Shown: positions 27,830 through 39,122, numbered from the stretch's first letter. The stretch is 48,669 nt of DNA from Bacteroidota bacterium (GCA_043747705.1 JAYTOS010000059.1:1-48669); one strand, 5' to 3'. Numbers and translations are program-made. Notes: a model not told the origin generated them from the sequence alone.

Positions 27830-29200
27830 ATGCAGGGAAAACAAAAATTAAATCTATTCAGCTTTACCATGATCGTGGTAGGACTCGTGATTGGTATGGG
27901 TATCTTTCGAACAGCTGCTACCAGTGCCAAAGATGCCATAGAACCATCCGTATATTTTACTGCATGGTTACTGGGTGGTTTTTTTGCCTTATGTGGTGCA
28001 CTTACCTATGCTGAAATCGGTAGCCGTTACCCGGTTACCGGAGGGTATTATAAAGTTTTTTCTTATGCTTATCACCCAAGTATCGCTTTTGCCATTAACT
28101 GTATCATACTGATCAGCAATGCTGCCAGTTTAAGTGGTGTTGCGCTGATAGGTAGCGGATATATTACCAAATTATTTCCACAAGTGGGATGGACAGATAT
28201 TGATAAGGCATTGATTAGCTGCGGAGCCATTGTTATTTTTTACCTGATCAATTTAAGAGGTCTGCGCATGAGTTCCCGGGCGCAGAATATTTTAATGCTC
28301 ATTAAGATCAGTATGATCGTGGTATTGATACTGGCACTGTTCTTCCCACACCATGAGGTGGCACAGGCAACTGCTGTTGTTACTTCGCCAGCGGCGGCAC
28401 CATCTATGAGTTGGATACAAAGTTTAGGTATCAGCCTGATCGCTGTTTCTTTTACGTATGGGGGCTACCAGCAGACAATCAATTTCGGGAATGAAGTGGA
28501 TAAACCGGCTAAAAATATTCCACGCGGTATTTTTATCGGTATTGCTATCATCATTGGTTTATACTTATTGGTAAACCTTAGCTATTATAGTATTGTAGGA
28601 TTTGATAACATGAAAGGTGAGAAGGAAATCGCGTATGTGGTTATCAATAAAACCTTCGGGAAGAACAGCGCGGATATATTTTCTTTCTTTTTATTTTTTG
28701 GCGTATTGGCGTATGTAAATGCTTTGTTAATGAGTAACCCAAGGGTAATGTATGCCATGAGCGGGGAAGGGGTGTTACCCAAAGCTTTCTCAAAACAAAA
28801 TCCGAAAAATGAAGTGCTCACGGTTTCTTTAACGGTGTTCGCCGCCATGTGCATCATCATACTTTTCTTCGCGCAAACTTTTGAAAAAATACTCAACTTC
28901 ACCATTTTTTTAGATTGCTTCGGAATGGTCGCCTCCAGTGCCACGATTTTTGTATTGCGCAAACGCACAAAACATTTAGATAATACGGGTATTTATAAAA
29001 TGAAATTATATCCCTTGTTGCCGCTCATTTTTATGGGGGCTTACATTTTTGTTGGGGTAAGTATTGCCATCCAAACGCCCGATACAGCATTGGTAGGGCT
29101 GGCAGTTCTGGCCGCATTTATGGTGATCTATTTTGTGGCAAAACAAATCAATAAACAAAATCCTCCACAGGCAACCGATGGCGAGAAACCATTAGATTGA
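27830..29200 (+). CDS. APC-family amino acid permease
   Basis: IGMGIF, YAEIGSRYPVTGGYY, YGGY; about 12 TM. Confidence 0.9.
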   Translation: MQGKQKLNLFSFTMIVVGLVIGMGIFRTAATSAKDAIEPSVYFTAWLLGGFFALCGALTYAEIGSRYPVTGGYYKVFSYAYHPSIAFAINCIILISNAASLSGVALIGSGYITKLFPQVGWTDIDKALISCGAIVIFYLINLRGLRMSSRAQNILMLIKISMIVVLILALFFPHHEVAQATAVVTSPAAAPSMSWIQSLGISLIAVSFTYGGYQQTINFGNEVDKPAKNIPRGIFIGIAIIIGLYLLVNLSYYSIVGFDNMKGEKEIAYVVINKTFGKNSADIFSFFLFFGVLAYVNALLMSNPRVMYAMSGEGVLPKAFSKQNPKNEVLTVSLTVFAAMCIIILFFAQTFEKILNFTIFLDCFGMVASSATIFVLRKRTKHLDNTGIYKMKLYPLLPLIFMGAYIFVGVSIAIQTPDTALVGLAVLAAFMVIYFVAKQINKQNPPQATDGEKPLD

Positions 29201-29358
29201 TCTGAAACGGCATAAACCGCTTACCGATTTCACCTTTGTCTGTGGCTTTAACTGCCATAGCTCGCCTTTCATATCATTTTTTTAACGGTTTACTCCCATT
29301 CCTTTCCGCCTGTCTAAAATTTAGGGAAGTGGGAAGGAAACCGTTATTTTTGTTATAT

Positions 29359-30822
29359 ATGAAGAAGATTCTAACCCTTCTGTGTTCTACCATGCTGCTG
29401 CACGCTTCCGCACAAAGAGCATCCGATAACTGGGACCTGCGCCATTGTATTGAGCATGCCATCCAGTTTAATATCTCTATTCAGCAGGCCGATGTGCAGG
29501 CAAGAATAGCGGCATTACAGGCAAAGCAGGCAAGGTATAATGTGTACCCCAGTTTGTCGGGAGGTACCTCTACCGGTGTGCGTTTTGGGCGATCTATTGA
29601 TCCTACCACCAATACATTTTCTACCTCGCAGTTCCTTTACCAGAACTTTGGCATCAATGGTGGTGTGCAGTTATATAATAACGGTCGTTTAAAGTACAAT
29701 AAGGAATACGCAGAATTTAATGCCAAAGCGGCGTTGGCTGATGTTGAGAAAGCTAAAAGTGATATTTCATTCAATGTAGCCACTTATTATTTGCAGGTAT
29801 TGGCGGCAAAAGAACAGGTAGCTATTGCCGATGTGCAGATAGCGCAAACGCAGAATCAGTTTGATATCACTAAAAAAAGAGTGGATGCAGGCGTATTACC
29901 AGAACTGAACCTGTCTGAAGTAGAATCACAACTGGCCACGGATAGCAGTAACTATTATACCGCAAAAGGAAATTACGAACAAAACCTGCTTGCGTTACGC
30001 GCATTGCTGAACCTGGATACCGATGTACTTTTTGGTATAGAAACACCCTTGGTTGAACAGATACCTATCGAATCTTTCACAGACCTCCAGCCGGAATCAG
30101 TTTACCAAATGGCTATAGCCAATCAACCTTTACAAAAAGCAAATGAATTCAGGATTAAAGCCGCGCAAAAAAACCTCCTGGTCTCAAAATCGCTGATGTA
30201 TCCTACCATTACACTGGGCGGAAACCTTTCTACTAACTTTTCCAATTCATTTAAAACCACATCCGGGGTCAGCTTCCTGGGTTATGCACCGGTTACCGGG
30301 GCCGAGCCTATCATCACACTTAATAACGTGAATTATTACGTACAGAGCCCCCTATACAAGCTAACGCAAACTACCCGCGGCTTTGGCCAGTTATGGGACG
30401 GATGGAGCAATCAATTGAATAATAATTTCGGACAAAACGTTGGCCTCAGCGCAAGCATACCCATTTTTAGTAATGGCCAGGGCCGGATCGGGTACCAGCA
30501 ATCCAAATTAAACCTCAAATCTGCAGAATTGCAGAAAACCCAAAGCGATCAAACACTGCGGCAGAATATTTATACAGCCTATACCAATGCCGTAACGGCC
30601 CTGCAAAAATTTAATGCCGGTAAGAAAACAGTTGAAAGCTCACAAAAAGCGTATGATTTTGGCAGCAAACGGTATGAAGCAGGATTGTTGAGCTCGCTCG
30701 ACCTGATTACACTTCAGAATAACCTGTTGCGGTCAAAAGTGCAGCAACTGAGTAACCAATACGACTATATATTTAAGATGAAACTGCTTGAATTTTATAA
30801 AGGCAAAGGTCTGAAATTATAA
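29359..30822 (+). CDS. TolC-family outer membrane efflux protein (start 29359 preferred)
   Basis: Signal peptide MKKILTLL, OEP repeats, RYEAG, LLEFYKG. Confidence 0.9.
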   Translation: MKKILTLLCSTMLLHASAQRASDNWDLRHCIEHAIQFNISIQQADVQARIAALQAKQARYNVYPSLSGGTSTGVRFGRSIDPTTNTFSTSQFLYQNFGINGGVQLYNNGRLKYNKEYAEFNAKAALADVEKAKSDISFNVATYYLQVLAAKEQVAIADVQIAQTQNQFDITKKRVDAGVLPELNLSEVESQLATDSSNYYTAKGNYEQNLLALRALLNLDTDVLFGIETPLVEQIPIESFTDLQPESVYQMAIANQPLQKANEFRIKAAQKNLLVSKSLMYPTITLGGNLSTNFSNSFKTTSGVSFLGYAPVTGAEPIITLNNVNYYVQSPLYKLTQTTRGFGQLWDGWSNQLNNNFGQNVGLSASIPIFSNGQGRIGYQQSKLNLKSAELQKTQSDQTLRQNIYTAYTNAVTALQKFNAGKKTVESSQKAYDFGSKRYEAGLLSSLDLITLQNNLLRSKVQQLSNQYDYIFKMKLLEFYKGKGLKL

Positions 30823-30878
30823 ATCATAAAACCATGGCTTACCAATACGAGCTAAATGCATAAAGGAAAATCCGTTAT

Positions 30879-32240
30879 ATGAATAAGAAATTGCTCTGGA
30901 TCATCATTGGATTAGTCGTGATTATTGCTGTTGTTATCGGCCTGAAAAAAGCGGGTGTGATTGGGAAAGAAGAAGGTATAAAAGTGTCTTCTGAAAAGGT
31001 TACCCAAAGAACAGTTATCGAAACGGTGAATGCAAGCGGTAAAGTATATCCCGAAATAGAAGTGAAAGTAAGCCCCGATATCAGCGGCGAAATAGTACAG
31101 CTGAACGTAAACGAAGGCGATAGCGTTAGAAAAGGGCAGATATTGGCAAGAATTTATGCAGATATCTATTTAACACAGCGCGACCAGGTGGTGGCCGGTG
31201 TAAACCAGAGTAAAGCACAATTGTCGAATTCTACTGCCAGCCTGGTAGGGTTAAAAGCTATGCTGGATAATGCTAAGATTATCTACGACCGTCAAAAAAA
31301 ATTATTGGCAGATAAAGTGATCTCACGTTCAGAATTTGAACAGGCAGAGCAAAATTACCGCACTGCCGAAGCTTCATACACTGCCGCGAAAGAAGGATTG
31401 AAAAGCGGTGAAGCCTCTATTCAAAATGCACAGGCACAATTATCAAAAGCAGATAAGGATCTCTCCCGTACAGTGATCACATCCCCCATGGATGGTATGA
31501 TCAGTTTGATGAATGTTAAAAAAGGTGAGAGGGTGGCAGGTAACAGTTTTAATGTAGGTACAGAAATGATGCGCGTGGCAGACATGCGCAGTATTGAAGT
31601 AAGGGTTGATGTAGGTGAGAACGATATACCAAAAGTTAAATTAGGTGATACCGCTGTAGTAGAAGTAGATGCCTATACCAATAGAAAATTTAAAGGATTG
31701 GTATATAAGATTGCCAATCCCAATACTGGCGCAAATACCTCTTCTTCCAGTGCAGAAGTAACTAATTATAAAGTACATATCCGTTTATTGCCTTCCAGTT
31801 ATGCCGACCTTCTTTCAGCAAACAAAGGTTTTCCTTTCCGCCCGGGAATGAGTGCCAGTGCTGATATCCAGACAAAAACAAAACAGAATGTATTATCCGT
31901 AGCATTAAATGCTGTTACTACCCGTGATAAGAAAAACGATAAGGCTCCCGGAGATAAAAAAGATGATAAAAAACCTGAACAAACAACTGTAAAATCCACC
32001 TCTGCAGACGATGATATTGAAGAAGTGGTATTTGTTTTGCAGAAAGATAACACCGTTAAAAAAGTGAAAGTGAAAACAGGTATCCAGGACCTTAACTATA
32101 TTGAAATACTCGAAGGCTTAAAACAGGGTGATGAAGTGATTACTGGCCCTTATTCCATCGTAAGTAAAACTTTGAAAGATGGTAATTTGGTTACCATTGT
32201 TGCAAAGGATAAACTGTTCGAGGATAAGAAAAAGGATTAA
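30879..32240 (+). CDS. Efflux periplasmic adaptor subunit (MacA/HlyD-like)
   Basis: N-terminal TM, ASGKV.P, VNEGDSV.KG, helical hairpin, RPGMSA, GLKQGDEVI. Confidence 0.9.
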   Translation: MNKKLLWIIIGLVVIIAVVIGLKKAGVIGKEEGIKVSSEKVTQRTVIETVNASGKVYPEIEVKVSPDISGEIVQLNVNEGDSVRKGQILARIYADIYLTQRDQVVAGVNQSKAQLSNSTASLVGLKAMLDNAKIIYDRQKKLLADKVISRSEFEQAEQNYRTAEASYTAAKEGLKSGEASIQNAQAQLSKADKDLSRTVITSPMDGMISLMNVKKGERVAGNSFNVGTEMMRVADMRSIEVRVDVGENDIPKVKLGDTAVVEVDAYTNRKFKGLVYKIANPNTGANTSSSSAEVTNYKVHIRLLPSSYADLLSANKGFPFRPGMSASADIQTKTKQNVLSVALNAVTTRDKKNDKAPGDKKDDKKPEQTTVKSTSADDDIEEVVFVLQKDNTVKKVKVKTGIQDLNYIEILEGLKQGDEVITGPYSIVSKTLKDGNLVTIVAKDKLFEDKKKD

Positions 32241-32344
32241 TTCCTATGAGGCTGAATCCGGCAGGCGGCAGGTATAACCTGCTGCCTGTTTTTTTTAAAG
32301 GAAGGCTGTTTCGTATGTTTGTATAAATCATCAAACGATCTGCC

Positions 32345-33340
32345 ATGCAGTTTGGAATCATCGGAAGCGGAAGTTGGGCCACAGCATTGGCTAAGATCCT
32401 CACAGATAACGGTAATACCATTCATTGGTGGGTACGTAATAACGATACCATCGGGTACATGGAAAAACGCAGGCATAACCCGCATTATTTAAGTGCCGTT
32501 TACTTCAGCCAGTCGCAGCTTCATCTAAACGATGATATACAAAAAGTAGTATCTCAGTCTGATGCACTTGTGATAGCCGTACCTTCGGCCTATGTTGAAA
32601 ATGCGTTGCAGCAATTACCGGCTGGTGCATTAAAGGGAAAAAAAATCATCTCTGCGGTAAAAGGTATCCTGCCAGGCGAAAACCAATTGCTTAACGATTA
32701 CCTGGCAATGCATTTTGAAGTAGCATTGTCTGATTACTTTGCGGTACTTGGCCCCTGCCATGCAGAAGAAGTGGCATCCGAAAAATTATCTTACCTCACT
32801 TTCTCAGGCATAGATGAAGCCGTAACAGCTACAATCGCTTCCCATTTTAAAACAGAATACCTGAACACGATGGCGAATAATGATATCTTGGGTGTTCAAT
32901 ATGCAGCAGTACTTAAAAACATTTATGCCCTCGGTGCCGGTATTGCACACGGATTGGAATATGGCGACAATTTTTTGAGCGTTTATATAGCCAATACTGC
33001 CAATGAAATGGTAGGCTTTTTACGTAAAGTGAGCGATGCGCAGCATGCTTCTGTTAACTATGCCGCATCGGTGTACCTGGGTGATCTTCTGGTGACCTGT
33101 TACTCGCTCTACAGCCGCAACCGGACTTTCGGAAATATGATAGGCAAGGGTTACTCAGTAAAATCGGCAGAACTCGAATTAAATATGGTGGCGGAAGGAT
33201 ATAATGCAAGTAAGTGTATCCATAAAACCAATGAACAGGTAAAAGCTTCAATACCCATAGCGGCAACCATTTTCGAAATACTGTGGGAGCACTTGCCCGC
33301 AGCCGAAGGCTTTAAGAAAATAGAAGGGTTTTTGGAATAG
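32345..33340 (+). CDS. gpsA: NAD(P)H-dependent glycerol-3-phosphate dehydrogenase
   Basis: GSGSWATALA, GPCHAEEV, LKNIYA, GDLLVT..SRN. Confidence 0.93.
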   Translation: MQFGIIGSGSWATALAKILTDNGNTIHWWVRNNDTIGYMEKRRHNPHYLSAVYFSQSQLHLNDDIQKVVSQSDALVIAVPSAYVENALQQLPAGALKGKKIISAVKGILPGENQLLNDYLAMHFEVALSDYFAVLGPCHAEEVASEKLSYLTFSGIDEAVTATIASHFKTEYLNTMANNDILGVQYAAVLKNIYALGAGIAHGLEYGDNFLSVYIANTANEMVGFLRKVSDAQHASVNYAASVYLGDLLVTCYSLYSRNRTFGNMIGKGYSVKSAELELNMVAEGYNASKCIHKTNEQVKASIPIAATIFEILWEHLPAAEGFKKIEGFLE

Positions 33341-33608
33341 AAAATCGGTAACTTTATGTATGCCACTTTCATTCACCCTATTAAGCTCCGGCACTATGCT
33401 TATAATGATTACCGCGATAATAACCGTAACGGTTTTACGCAGGTTTTTCAGGCACCGCAACAGCCATTAGAAAACTTGATCATTTCGTTCAGCTTTACTA
33501 ACTTGATTGTGTCTTTAATCACGATTAACATATTCAGTAAACATCTTTCTCAACCAGATACGCAAATTAAAATCACTGCGGATGCATGTGTCTTATGCAG
33601 AATTTTTT

Positions 33609-34736
33609 TTATTGATCCGTAAATAAATCCGCCGCAATCCCATCTGCTAAAAATTTACCTTCGGCACTCAGTTGTAAAATATCTTTCACCAAAATAAGAT
33701 GCCCCCGTAAAATATGTTTTTGTGCAGTATTGATGAGTTGTGCTTGTTTCTCATCACCCCAGGTTTCTGTCACACGTTTCATGGAAATGCCTTCAATGGT
33801 TCGCAGGCTGGTCATAATATATTCATTCAACTGTTGGGCCGCGGTTAATACTTCTGCTTCAAAAGGAACAATACCCTTTTCAAGGCTTTTTAAATACAAA
33901 GCATTATTGGCTATATTCCATTGTCTGCCTGCGCCATTGAACGAATGTGCCGATGGCCCAAGCCCCAGGTAAGGCTTGCCCTGCCAGTAACTGCTGTTAT
34001 GCCTGCTGCGGAACCCCGGCAACGCGAAATTCGAAATTTCATAATGTTCAAAACCTGCATCCGATAACCATTGCGTTAGTAATAAAAAATGCCTTGCCTG
34101 TTTGTCCGCATCCACATTTTCTGATGGATGTGTAGCGATCATTTTTGCCAATGCCGTTTTAGGCTCTACCGTTAATGCATAACAGGATAGGTGTGGTATG
34201 TGTAAGGCAAGTGCAGTGGCAACATTCTGTTTCCATTTCTCATCTGTTAAATGCGGCGTTCCGTAAATAAGGTCAATGGTAATATTAGTAAAACCTTTTT
34301 TTTGTGCCATTTCAATACACGCCATTGCCTGTTCTGCATTGTGGGCCCTGTTCATCCATCGCAGGTCTTCCTCAAAAAAAGACTGAATACCAATGCTCAG
34401 GCGGTTAATGCCAGCTTCTTTCCATCCTATCAATTTGTCTTCTGTAATATCATCAGGGTTGGCCTCCAAGCTGATTTCTACATCATCCGCCACTTCAAAT
34501 AATTCCTGTAAACGTTCAATCGTAGTTTGTACTTCGTGCTTTGTGAGTAAAGAAGGTGTTCCACCGCCAAAATAAATAGTGTCTACTTTTTCTATCAGAT
34601 AAGATTTGCGGATAGCTGCTTCATTGCCAATCGCTTTCACCATCTCAGGCATTTGTTGCTGCGAAGTGGAGAAATGGAAATTACAGTAATGACAGGCTTT
34701 TTTACAGAAAGGGATATGAATATAGATGCCTGCCAT
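33609..34736 (-). CDS. hemW: Radical SAM heme chaperone HemW
   Basis: HIPFCKKACHYC, GGGTPS, YEISNFA, HNSSYW (HNxxYW). Confidence 0.92.
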   Translation of the reverse strand: MAGIYIHIPFCKKACHYCNFHFSTSQQQMPEMVKAIGNEAAIRKSYLIEKVDTIYFGGGTPSLLTKHEVQTTIERLQELFEVADDVEISLEANPDDITEDKLIGWKEAGINRLSIGIQSFFEEDLRWMNRAHNAEQAMACIEMAQKKGFTNITIDLIYGTPHLTDEKWKQNVATALALHIPHLSCYALTVEPKTALAKMIATHPSENVDADKQARHFLLLTQWLSDAGFEHYEISNFALPGFRSRHNSSYWQGKPYLGLGPSAHSFNGAGRQWNIANNALYLKSLEKGIVPFEAEVLTAAQQLNEYIMTSLRTIEGISMKRVTETWGDEKQAQLINTAQKHILRGHLILVKDILQLSAEGKFLADGIAADLFTDQ

Positions 34737-34762
34737 AGATTATTGCGGTTAGAAACTTGCTG

Positions 34763-34770
34763 CAAAAGTA
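34763..34770 (-). promoter_or_regulatory. Sigma-A -7 element TACTTTTG for hemW
   Basis: Exact TAnnTTTG 26 nt upstream of ATG. Confidence 0.6.
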
Positions 34771-34866
34771 ACATTAACAACCTTTATGGAATGACAGGCC
34801 ACAGCTTCTTTAAGAACACGCACGATTAATCACGGCACTTCAATATTTTTGCCATAAATCACCGGC

Positions 34867-35895
34867 TTGAAAAATCTTATCCTGATACTTTTTATCATAG
34901 GTTGCTCTTTTAACTGTTTTGGCCAGTCCGACTCAGTTAATAAAGCTGAATCTACGCGCATCAGGCAAACGATTCTGCCTGTTACCAGTCCTCAACCGGT
35001 AAAAGGAAGGGTGGCAGATAGTGCTAAACCTAAAATAAACGATTCATTATTGCGTACCAACAATTTGTGGACTGCCAAAATTTTTCGCGACAGTCTTTTG
35101 GCTAATTCACTAAAAAAGGCATCCCTGGGTGCAGCCGCTTTGCCGTTGTATGATACCACTACTTATCAAAAATACCAGACGCACCCTTACCTGCCTTTAC
35201 ATGCGAAGCCGGTTTTGATGGTCATTGATTATCGGAAACAGGAATCAAAAGATGACCTCTTCTATTTGATGGCCGGGGTTATTTTCTGCCTGGCATTTAT
35301 CCGGGCTGTTTTTTCAAAATATTTCAGGAATCTGTTTTTACTGTTTTTCCAAACCTCCCTCCGCCAAAAGCAAACCCGCGAACAGCTATTGCAGGATAAC
35401 CTGGCTTCCCTGTTCATTAACCTGCTTTTTTTTATCAGTGCCGGCTTATATATGAGCTTAGTGATAAAATACTATAACTGGACACAGGTATCGTTTTGGT
35501 GGCTAAGCCTGTTTAGTGCCATTCTTTTGATATTTGTTTACCTGGGCAAATACCTTTTCCTGCTTTTTGCAGGTTGGGTATTTAATACAAAGGAAGCTGC
35601 CGGATCTTATATATTCCTGGTTTTTATGGTCAATAAAGTAATGGGTGTTTTGCTTATCCCCTTCCTGCTAATCCTGTCTTTTGCACAACCTGAAGTGATA
35701 AATGTAGGCGTTACCCTTTCCTTTGGCCTGATAGCCATCTTGTATATATATCGCTACCTGGTTTCCTTTGGGGCTATTCGGAATAAATTGAAAGTGAACC
35801 CCTTACATTTTTTTATATACCTTTGCGCTGTCGAAGTACTTCCTCTTTTATTGATTTATAAAGGATTGATCAATTATATTGCCGGAAGTTTTTAA
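34867..35895 (+). CDS. DUF4271 domain membrane protein
   Basis: C-terminal multi-TM region ending HFFIYLCAVEVLP; precedes hemD as commonly in Bacteroidota. Confidence 0.8.
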   Translation: MKNLILILFIIGCSFNCFGQSDSVNKAESTRIRQTILPVTSPQPVKGRVADSAKPKINDSLLRTNNLWTAKIFRDSLLANSLKKASLGAAALPLYDTTTYQKYQTHPYLPLHAKPVLMVIDYRKQESKDDLFYLMAGVIFCLAFIRAVFSKYFRNLFLLFFQTSLRQKQTREQLLQDNLASLFINLLFFISAGLYMSLVIKYYNWTQVSFWWLSLFSAILLIFVYLGKYLFLLFAGWVFNTKEAAGSYIFLVFMVNKVMGVLLIPFLLILSFAQPEVINVGVTLSFGLIAILYIYRYLVSFGAIRNKLKVNPLHFFIYLCAVEVLPLLLIYKGLINYIAGSF

Positions 35896-35920
35896 TTTTG
35901 CACAATCTTAGATTAGAAGC

Positions 35921-36721
35921 ATGTTAAAAAACGGGTCAAAAAATTCAGTTACTGCCAAAGCAGCCAAAAGAATTCTAATTTCCCAACCCAGACCGGAGAG
36001 TGATAAATCGCCCTATTTTGATTTGGAAAGGAAATACAATGTAGAATTGTTCTTTCACCCTTTCATTCAGTTAGAGGGTATCGCGGCCAGGGATTTCCGC
36101 AAGCAAAAGATCGATATCATGTACTATTCGGCGGTAATGTTTACCAGCCGGAATGCCATTGACCATTTCTTCCGCATGTGCGAGGAAATGAAAGTGACCA
36201 TCGGGCAGGATACTAAGTATTTCTGTATTACCGAAGCCGTAGCCCTATATCTTCAAAAATTCATTCTTTACCGCAAACGCAAAGTGTTTTATGGTGCCGA
36301 TGGTACAAATAAAAGCATGTTTGATGTGATTAATAAACACAAAGAGAACGAGAAGTTTCTGTATGTATGCAGTGAAAACCAGCAGGATAATGAGATCGTT
36401 AACTGGCTCAAAACCAATAAATGTGAGTACCAACTGGGTTTTATGTATAGAACCATCAGCAGCGATATTAAAGAAGTACTCAATAAAAAAGACTTTGATG
36501 TGATCTGTTTTTTTACCCCCAGCGGCGTAAAAAGCCTTTACGATAATTTCCCCGGATTTAAACAGAACGGTACTGTTATCGGTGCTTTTGGCAACAACAC
36601 ATCAAAAGCGGTAGAAGATGCAGGTATGAAATTAGAGATTAAGGTACCCTCACCCCAAAAACCCAGTATGGTATCGGCTTTAGACCAGTTTCTATTAAGT
36701 TCCGCAAACGTAAAAAAGTAA
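35921..36721 (+). CDS. hemD: Uroporphyrinogen-III synthase-like protein
   Basis: ILISQP.P, FTSRNAIDHFF, FFTPSGVKS; Bacteroidota type. Confidence 0.82.
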   Translation: MLKNGSKNSVTAKAAKRILISQPRPESDKSPYFDLERKYNVELFFHPFIQLEGIAARDFRKQKIDIMYYSAVMFTSRNAIDHFFRMCEEMKVTIGQDTKYFCITEAVALYLQKFILYRKRKVFYGADGTNKSMFDVINKHKENEKFLYVCSENQQDNEIVNWLKTNKCEYQLGFMYRTISSDIKEVLNKKDFDVICFFTPSGVKSLYDNFPGFKQNGTVIGAFGNNTSKAVEDAGMKLEIKVPSPQKPSMVSALDQFLLSSANVKK

Positions 36722-36746
36722 AACCCAGGCATTCCAAAATATTCCG

Positions 36747-36774
36747 AGCCCCTTACATGAGGGGCTTTTTATTT
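36747..36774 (+). terminator. Rho-independent terminator
   Basis: AGCCCCT-TACATG-AGGGGCT followed by TTTTATTT. Confidence 0.8.
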
Positions 36775-36864
36775 ACAGCTAACTTGCACCCTTTGTTGTT
36801 TGCCCACAAATAATATTTCATACCGCCGCTGTTGGTTGACTTGCCAACAGCCATTAATATTTTT

Positions 36865-38919
36865 ATGCAACACCCACATACCAACCAGCTTATCCACGAA
36901 TCAAGTCCTTACCTGCTGCAACATGCCCATAACCCTGTAAACTGGTACCCATGGGGTGAAGAAGCTTTGCAAAAAGCAAAAGAAGAAGACAAACCCATCC
37001 TGGTAAGTATTGGATATGCAGCCTGCCATTGGTGTCATGTAATGGAACGGGAAAGTTTTGAAGATGAAGCTACCGCCGACTTGATGAACGAATATTTCAT
37101 CAACATAAAAATAGACAGGGAAGAAAGGCCCGACCTTGATCATATTTATATGGATGCCGTGCAGGCCATGACGGGAAGCGGGGGATGGCCCCTGAATGTT
37201 TTTCTAACACCGGAAACAAAACCTTTTTTCGGCGGCACCTATTTTCCACCCGAAAGGGCCTTTAACCGCTCCAGCTGGAAAGAAGTTTTATCAGGAGTGT
37301 ATAAAGGTTACCGGGAGAAAAAAGAGGAAATTCTGTCCCAGGCAGACAACCTTACTGAGCACCTGCTTACATCCAATGCCTTCGGTTTGCAGCAACCAGG
37401 TTCAACCGCGAATGAAGTATTCTTCTCTGAGGAACAGTTGGTAACCATTGCCGCTAACCTTCTCAATAACGCAGATACAACGTTTGGAGGCTTTGGAAAT
37501 GCCCCCAAATTTCCACAAAGCTTTTCTATCCAATACCTGTTAAGGCATTATCATTTTACAAAAGACGAAACAGCGCTTACACAGGCATTATTGAGTTTAG
37601 ATAAGATGATCGAAGGCGGTATTTATGACCAGCTTGGGGGCGGCTTTGCCCGTTACAGCACCGATAACGAGTGGCTGGCACCGCATTTCGAGAAAATGTT
37701 ATATGATAACGCCCTGTTGGTAAGCGTTATGGCCGAAGCCTGCCAGTTAACCGCCAAACCGCAATATGCACGGGCCATCCGCCAAACCATTTCCTTTATT
37801 GCGCGTGAAATGATGAGCGAAGAAAACGGTTTCTTCAGCGCACTGGATGCCGATAGCGAAGGGATTGAAGGCAAATTTTATACCTGGCAAAAACAAGAGA
37901 TAATGGAGGTATTAGGTGATGATGCCACTCTTTTTGCTGCCTTTTACGATGTATCAGACGAGGGTAATTGGGAACATACCAATATCCTCCGCATACAGCA
38001 ACCACTGGCAGCATTTGCTCAAAAACAAGGTATTTCTGAATCGGAACTGGAAGAAATACTCAATGTATCAGCTCAAAAATTACTTGAACGGCGGGCTAAA
38101 AGGATCAGGCCCTTGCTGGATGATAAGATACTATTGGGCTGGAACGCACTTATGAATACCGCTTATGCCAAAGCCTATGCCGCCTTGGGCGATGCAGCTT
38201 ACCGGGAAAGAGCCGTTCAGAATATGCAGTTTCTCGAAGCAAAGTTCAGGGGTGCGTCCGGCCAGTGGTACCATACATACAAAAACAACCAGGCCAGGAT
38301 ACCGGCTTTTTTAGATGATTATGCCTACCTGGTTCAAGCATATATACATCTTCAGGAAATAACCGGAATCGGCGATTACCTGCTTAAAGCAAAGGTATTG
38401 ACAGAATGGGTGATCGAAAATTTTGTGGAGGCGGATACAGGGTTCTTCTTCTATACCCACCAACAGCAAACAGATGTGATCGTTCGCAAAAAAGAAGTGT
38501 ATGATGGTGCCGTACCCAGCGGGAATGCAGTAATGGTGCATAATTTACTATATCTATCCATTGTTTTTGATCAGAAACAATGGGCTGAACACTGCCGCGA
38601 TTTACTGGGTTCTTTGGGCAACGCAATTGTAAAACATCCCGGTTCTTTCGGGGTATGGGCAATGGCCTTACAATCGGTAACTAAGGGCATCTTGCAAATT
38701 GCCATTACCGGGCAGCGGGCCAGAGATTTCCTGTGTCCTGTATTGCATAGGTTTATACCCAATAAAATTATTCAGGCAGAGGAAACTAATTCTCATTTTT
38801 TCCCGTTATTAGCTGGAAAGAATATACCTGATGGGGGTGAAACAGCATTCTATTTATGTAAGAATTATGCCTGTTTAGCCCCATTTTTATCGGTAGAAAC
38901 GCTTTTAGCAAATGTGTAA
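36865..38919 (+). CDS. YyaL/SPATA20-like thioredoxin + (alpha/alpha)6 barrel protein (DUF255)
   Basis: [39 protein letters not shown]. Confidence 0.9.
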   Translation: MQHPHTNQLIHESSPYLLQHAHNPVNWYPWGEEALQKAKEEDKPILVSIGYAACHWCHVMERESFEDEATADLMNEYFINIKIDREERPDLDHIYMDAVQAMTGSGGWPLNVFLTPETKPFFGGTYFPPERAFNRSSWKEVLSGVYKGYREKKEEILSQADNLTEHLLTSNAFGLQQPGSTANEVFFSEEQLVTIAANLLNNADTTFGGFGNAPKFPQSFSIQYLLRHYHFTKDETALTQALLSLDKMIEGGIYDQLGGGFARYSTDNEWLAPHFEKMLYDNALLVSVMAEACQLTAKPQYARAIRQTISFIAREMMSEENGFFSALDADSEGIEGKFYTWQKQEIMEVLGDDATLFAAFYDVSDEGNWEHTNILRIQQPLAAFAQKQGISESELEEILNVSAQKLLERRAKRIRPLLDDKILLGWNALMNTAYAKAYAALGDAAYRERAVQNMQFLEAKFRGASGQWYHTYKNNQARIPAFLDDYAYLVQAYIHLQEITGIGDYLLKAKVLTEWVIENFVEADTGFFFYTHQQQTDVIVRKKEVYDGAVPSGNAVMVHNLLYLSIVFDQKQWAEHCRDLLGSLGNAIVKHPGSFGVWAMALQSVTKGILQIAITGQRARDFLCPVLHRFIPNKIIQAEETNSHFFPLLAGKNIPDGGETAFYLCKNYACLAPFLSVETLLANV

Positions 38920-39089
38920 CAAACTATAAACTAATTTGCCTTTTATGACCGTGGCCTCAAGCCCCATTACTAATAGGATTATTTGTAGTAAACCGACCTT
39001 AATTTTGTAGTATCGACATTATCTTTACACAACGCATTAAATTTATTGTAACAAAAATGCAAAATCGGCACAACTGCCGATGGAAAACT

Positions 39090-39097
39090 TATATTTG
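39090..39097 (+). promoter_or_regulatory. Sigma-A -7 element TATATTTG for gldKLMN
   Basis: Exact TAnnTTTG; supports ATG 39123 as the start. Confidence 0.6.
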
Positions 39098-39122
39098 TCA
39101 CTGTCATAAATCAGTTTCTTAC

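Noticed and set aside
27718-28014. 98-aa ORF MSEEMTNKK...
   Set aside because: Starts inside the heptamer repeat and overlaps the permease out of frame; likely artefact
33448-33450. TGA after GCCGA as possible selenocysteine codon
   Set aside because: No SECIS-like hairpin recognised downstream, read-through adds only 12 residues, no sel genes in window
33356-33622. 88-aa plus-strand ORF between gpsA and hemW
   Set aside because: No recognisable family features; overlaps the hemW end; cannot be supported
39057-39122. Cys/His-rich N-terminal extension of GldK in the ORF track
   Set aside because: Contains the promoter box; the lipoprotein signal begins at ATG 39123
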